From positions 1 through 52,463 of the forward strand of contig CAZNRB010000001.1 in the NCBI GenBank assembly GCA_964575405.1: a stretch of 52,463 bases of DNA, in the 5' to 3' direction. Under the pieces are notes generated by a model that had not been told where the DNA came from, made no database searches, and saw only the letters and a program-made list of their open reading frames with translations. This document shows positions 50,279 through 52,463 of the stretch, in pieces. Numbering within the stretch: the first letter of the stretch is position 1; each line of letters opens with the position of its first letter. The DNA is from an uncultured Synergistaceae bacterium (lineage in GTDB: Bacteria; Synergistota; Synergistia; Synergistales; Dethiosulfovibrionaceae). The translations under genes and the position numbers were made by a program.

Positions 50279-50295
50279 AAAGCCGTCCATTTCTG

Positions 50296-50673
50296 TTATC
50301 GGCGTTGGAACGTCGCGTCAGGAAGCGACGCGGCCATGGTCCCGCTAAGAGAATCCATAATATGGATTGTCCCTGCTAGATGGACCTGACTCATACCCAT
50401 TTTCTTTATCGTGTAGCTATAGACCACCGAAGGGGAAGATTGAGCCGTTATCTGCCGCTCCAACTCCCTCAGCTCTTCATTGATGAAGCCGATCTGTTGT
50501 ATGACCTCGCTGAGTTGGCCCTGGATTCGATTCGTATCGCTGCGAAGAGAAGATAGGAACCCCCAGGACATTACGGTGAAAATGGCTAGGCATACTACGG
50601 CAGGGCCAATTTTCCTTTCCACCTTGCGAGCTTCCAAAGCTCGGACTCTTCTGTATCGTCTTATCTTCTCCAT
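50296..50673 (-). CDS. ftsL: FtsL-like small bitopic cell-division protein
   Basis: 125 aa: basic N-terminus, one TM (AVVCLAIFTVMSWGFL) and a coiled-coil-like LSEVIQQIGFINEELRELERQI. Conserved slot between rsmH and ftsI. No strong sequence motif. Confidence 0.6.
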   Translation of the reverse strand: MEKIRRYRRVRALEARKVERKIGPAVVCLAIFTVMSWGFLSSLRSDTNRIQGQLSEVIQQIGFINEELRELERQITAQSSPSVVYSYTIKKMGMSQVHLAGTIHIMDSLSGTMAASLPDATFQRR

Positions 50674-51593
50674 GGTCCGACTCTCCCTTCTTGCTTGGAC
50701 AGATCCCGTCGAACAAATCCACGGAGCCTTGCGCTTCTGGATTTAGGGTTGCTTTCAATTTCATCTTCCGAAGGCTCCAAGGCCTTTCTAGGGTCAAGAT
50801 ATCCTAATCCCTGGTCTTTCCAGTTTCGGAAACGATGTTTTACGATACGATCCTCCAGGGAATGGTAAGAAATCACTATTATCCTTCCCTCGGGAGCGAT
50901 CATGCCAAGGGCCCCATCGAGGCCTTCTTCCAGCGCGCCCAGTTCGTCGTTGACAGCTATCCTAAGGGCTTGGAATACCCTGCGGGCGGGATGGCCCTTC
51001 ATTTTGCGCATCACCGGAGCCGGTAGAGCCGAGCGAATCACTTCCACCAGTTGGCCCGTAGTGACAATAGGCTTTTTTATGCGCTCCTGCACAACAGTCT
51101 GGGCAATACGCCAGGAGAAGGGCTCCTCGCCGTAATCCCGAAAGATCCCGTTCAACTCCTGGGCCGAAGCCTCATTCACCAGCTCCGCTGCGCTGAATTT
51201 AGCTGAAGGATCCATTCGCATGTCCAAAGGGCCGTCCTCTTTAAAGGAAAATCCCCTTTCCCTATCGGTCAGCTGCATATTGGAAACGCCGAGATCGAAC
51301 ACGATACCATCCAGACTTTTAACGCCTTGCTTAAGGCAGAGATCCTCCAGATCTCGAAAATTTCCCGACAGTGGGCAAAAACGATGGCCAAAAGGAGCCA
51401 GACGCTCTGCTGCTATCTGTTGAGCCCTTTTATCCTGGTCCAGGCCCAGGACTCTCCAGCCTGGATGGGCAAGGAGAAAGGCTTCAGAGTAGCCTCCGAG
51501 ACCTAGAGTACCGTCTAGGACCGTAGATCCATCGGGAAGAGGCAAAAACTCTAGAACCTTCTGGAGAAGTACCGGTACGTGCTCAAATGCCAA
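50661..51593 (-). CDS. rsmH: 16S rRNA (cytosine1402-N4)-methyltransferase
   Basis: HVPVLL, DGTLGLGGYSE, FDLGVSNMQLD-type and ISYHSLEDRIVK motifs. TTG start overlaps the mraZ end. Confidence 0.95.
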   Translation of the reverse strand: MAFEHVPVLLQKVLEFLPLPDGSTVLDGTLGLGGYSEAFLLAHPGWRVLGLDQDKRAQQIAAERLAPFGHRFCPLSGNFRDLEDLCLKQGVKSLDGIVFDLGVSNMQLTDRERGFSFKEDGPLDMRMDPSAKFSAAELVNEASAQELNGIFRDYGEEPFSWRIAQTVVQERIKKPIVTTGQLVEVIRSALPAPVMRKMKGHPARRVFQALRIAVNDELGALEEGLDGALGMIAPEGRIIVISYHSLEDRIVKHRFRNWKDQGLGYLDPRKALEPSEDEIESNPKSRSARLRGFVRRDLSKQEGRVGPWRR

Positions 51594-52014
51594 AGTCCTC
51601 TATCCCTTCTGCCAACGAAGCCAGCTCTTGCAGAGACTCCTCCTGATCCCGGGCCCAAGTATGGCTGTTCCAAATTTCCACGTGGTCGCCGACTCCGATG
51701 ATCGTCACGGCATCGCCGAGACCGGCGTACTTTTTCAATGTCCCGTTGATGAGAATTCGCCCCGTCCCGTCCACCGTCAATTCGTCGGCAACCGCTAATA
51801 AGGCGCGGATGAAGCGCCGTGCCTTTTCCTTCGTAAAGGGGAGGCTTTGGAGCCGCTGAAGCAGGGCCTGCCATTTTTCGTGGGAGTAAACGGCCACGCA
51901 GCGATCCAGGCCGATTGTGCAGATCGCCACGGGACCGAGCTCCTGCCGGAACTTTGCCGGCAGGACCAAACGGCCCTTTTCGTCGATTCGGCGATCATGA
52001 CTTCCCACAAACAT
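51583..52014 (-). CDS. mraZ: Transcriptional regulator MraZ
   Basis: Two DxxGR-type repeats (IDEKGRLVLP and VDGTGRILI). ATG 52014 gives the canonical MFVG... N-terminus. The track's GTG at 52029 lies inside the upstream repeat array. Confidence 0.93.
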   Translation of the reverse strand: MFVGSHDRRIDEKGRLVLPAKFRQELGPVAICTIGLDRCVAVYSHEKWQALLQRLQSLPFTKEKARRFIRALLAVADELTVDGTGRILINGTLKKYAGLGDAVTIIGVGDHVEIWNSHTWARDQEESLQELASLAEGIEDFGI

Positions 52015-52022
52015 GGTTTCAT

Positions 52023-52051
52023 CCCCCACTTTATTCCACTTTTCCCCACTT
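52023..52051 (-). promoter_or_regulatory. Three direct AAGTGG(G/A) repeats at 10-bp spacing (MraZ-box-like operator)
   Basis: The plus strand shows CCACTT at 52026-52031, 52036-52041 and 52046-52051. On the minus strand this reads AAGTGGGGA-AAGTGGAAT-AAAGTGGGGG, immediately 5' of the mraZ RBS. Confidence 0.6.
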
Positions 52052-52060
52052 AATTTCCTA

Positions 52061-52089
52061 AGTATACTCCTTTTGTTTATCTAGATCAA
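52061..52089 (-). promoter_or_regulatory. Sigma-70-type promoter of the mraZ/dcw operon
   Basis: On the minus strand: TTGATC (52089-52084), 17-nt spacer, TATACT (52066-52061). Confidence 0.6.
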
Positions 52090-52098
52090 CACTTTTCT

Positions 52099-52113
52099 AA
52101 AAAAAAAAAAAAA
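52099..52113. repeat. A15/T15 homopolymer
   Basis: Direct reading. On the minus strand it lies 9 nt upstream of the -35 (UP-element position). On the plus strand its last A is the A of an ATG. Confidence 0.95.
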
Positions 52114-52253
52114 TGACCATAGAACCGCCATATTTCGGGATTCTTGAGATTTCAGCAAAAAAGAGGATAACCTCACATTTATCAATTTTATTTACAGGAT
52201 ATGCAACTTTTGTAGCGATGAAAGCCTTCAAGAAGCCTACAGGCTTAAAATAA
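52113..52253 (+). CDS. Hypothetical 46-aa small protein (speculative)
   Basis: An open frame, MTIEPPYFGILEISAKKRITSHLSILFTGYATFVAMKAFKKPTGLK, in an AT-rich spacer. A hairpin terminator follows. There is no SD sequence and no recognisable family. Confidence 0.22.
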   Translation: MTIEPPYFGILEISAKKRITSHLSILFTGYATFVAMKAFKKPTGLK

Positions 52254-52265
52254 ATAGTAAATGCA

Positions 52266-52310
52266 AACAAAAAAACAACAGGGAACCTATAATGGGATTC
52301 CTGTTGTTTT
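52266..52310 (-). terminator. Intrinsic terminator after rnpB (usable in both orientations)
   Basis: Stem AACAACAGG (52274-52282) / CCTGTTGTT (52300-52308) with inner pairs. The minus strand continues with T7. The plus strand continues with TTTT from the arm end. Confidence 0.8.
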
Positions 52311-52329
52311 GAGAGAATCCGGCAAATTT

Positions 52330-52463
52330 AGGTGCTGTGGAGTGGCTCATAAGCCGGGTTTTGTCGTGGGCAGTCATTTATCTAGGACCTATCTTGCGAT
52401 GGGCCTCAAGCGATTATACCCGGAGGTCAGCGGGCCGCCTCATCCCTCCCTATTCAATCTTGC
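52330..52463 (-). ncRNA. rnpB: RNase P RNA, bacterial type A, 3' portion (5' part lies beyond the window)
   Basis: The minus strand reads ...CGCTTGAGGCCCATCGCAAGATAGGTCCTAGATAAATGACTGCCCACGACAAAACCCGGCTTATGAGCC... This aligns closely with the conserved 3' region of E. coli M1 RNA (GCTTGAG...CCTAGATGAATGACTGTCCACGACAGAACCCGGCTTATCGG). The 3' end is estimated to within about 5 nt. Confidence 0.88.

Noticed and set aside
52081-52131. Minus-strand mini-ORF MAVLWSFFFFFRKVLI, with five consecutive Phe codons from the T15 tract. It superficially resembles a Phe attenuator leader peptide.
   Set aside because: There is no SD sequence. It overlaps the -35 of the mraZ promoter instead of lying in a transcribed leader. 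No Phe-related gene or terminator/antiterminator pair lies downstream.

Overview
This 52.5-kb window reads as conserved chromosomal core, not an accessory island. I support 52 protein genes, almost all assignable from diagnostic motifs, plus the 3' part of RNase P RNA at the right edge.

The plus-strand half (1-29.4 kb) carries:
- an Asp23-like gene and a family-4 uracil-DNA glycosylase;
- the uppS-cdsA-dxr-rseP-ispG isoprenoid/lipid cluster;
- yebC-ruvCAB, a SpoIID-domain gene, queA, mltG, yqeH, ftsK and a thiamine diphosphokinase;
- rpmB, which is on the minus strand;
- xseB-ispA-dxs-tlyA-nadK-recN;
- rplU-prp-rpmA, obg, nadD, an LCP-family gene and rsfS.

The minus-strand half (29.5-52.0 kb) is one co-directional block. 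It runs mraZ-rsmH-ftsL-ftsI-murE-murF-mraY-murD-ftsW-murG-murC-ftsQ-ftsA-ftsZ, then a SPOR protein, rapZ-yvcK-whiA and gap-pgk-tpiA.

I found no transposase, integrase, tRNA, rRNA, CRISPR array, toxin-antitoxin pair or defence-type gene. I therefore do not claim a new multi-gene system here.

The points worth a second look are small-scale:
- a promoter with three 10-bp-phased AAGTGG repeats (MraZ-box-like) and a 15-nt homopolymer upstream of mraZ;
- an unlisted 46-codon ORF in the AT-rich island between rnpB and mraZ;
- an A5G9 tract in the first codons of the LCP gene;
- promoter/hairpin arrangements in the ispG-yebC, rpmA-obg and ftsL-ftsI gaps;
- a roughly 100-aa insertion in the SpoIID-domain protein;
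- a membrane-anchored YvcK.

The gene order (Prp plus N-extended L27, rapZ-yvcK-whiA, Bacillus-like xseB-ispA-dxs-tlyA-recN) looks Firmicutes-like or Synergistota-like. I cannot assign a taxon from the sequence alone. All start codons are my own reading of ribosome-binding sites (SD) and gene overlaps and are unverified.
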